Positions 63,425-64,000 of a stretch of DNA of 64,000 nt are shown here, one piece after another. The stretch is taken from the NCBI RefSeq assembly GCF_006345805.1, contig NC_043011.1, positions 29,214,464-29,278,463 of the forward strand, written 5' to 3'. The DNA comes from Octopus sinensis (Eukaryota). Within the stretch, counting starts at the first letter, position 1, and every line of letters begins with the position of its first letter. A program made the translations under genes and the position numbers. The notes under the pieces were generated by a model. That model was given only the letters and a program-made list of their open reading frames with translations, was not told where the DNA came from and did no database searches.

Positions 63425-64000
63425 GTTTATACATTGGAGTACAAATCTAGAGATAGGGTTGATGTAATCAATTTATTCCTTCCCTACAAAATTGCTGACC
63501 TTGTATTTAAATTAGAAACAATGAGCTGATAGAATCATTAGAATTTCAGAAAAAAACACTAAAATGTTTTACAGAATCCCTTCAGTTCTATTATGATCCT
63601 GAATCCCATTTAGATCAGGTCTACCTTTCAGTAGTGAGCTGACACAATTCTTAATGCATCGGATAAAATGCTTAACAGCATTCCCTCCAGCTCAGTTGGA
63701 CTCTTCTGAGTCCAACTGCCATCAAGATCGACTCTGCTTTTTTATCCTTCTGATATCAGGCAAATAACTACCAGTTGAGTATTGGGGTTGATGCGATCAA
63801 CTAGTCCCCACTCCCCACCAAATTCCAGGCCTTGTGTCTGGAGTGGAAAGGATTATTGTTATCATAACTATTATTTAATTTTTTTCTCTTTGAATCTCTA
63901 TATGTGTGGGCGTTTGCCCTAGCATGGTTGTATGGTAAGAAGGATCTGGGTTCAGTACCACTGCATGGCACCTTGGGCAAGTGCCTTCTACTATGACTCC

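Overview
64 kb of AT-rich, repeat-saturated animal DNA with one 100-N scaffold gap (57360-57459). The repeat repertoire (tRNA-headed SINEs with internal (TA)n/(CA)n tracts, RTE-type (GAT)n tails, dense microsatellites) looks to me like an octopod cephalopod genome; this is recognition, not a database result. I found no confidently identifiable intact host gene, rRNA, true tRNA or CRISPR array, and nearly all listed ORFs are microsatellite or TE artefacts. Well-supported elements: a decayed Ty3/gypsy LTR element with a 5-bp TSD (7587-11949), CR1, RTE and R4/Dong-like LINE remnants, a DD41D (rosa-type) mariner derivative nested in a hAT MITE, further hAT MITEs, a non-autonomous Helitron, and many copies of at least four SINE types, including a 4-unit 253-bp tandem array. 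Most interesting: several short (TA)n-flanked elements carry minimal type I hammerhead-ribozyme-like motifs with non-canonical cores, one with a compensatory U3-A8 pair. Also notable are several short-range inverted duplications, an RFX X-box in a repeat-free island, and a low-confidence phase-compatible chain of minus-strand exons.
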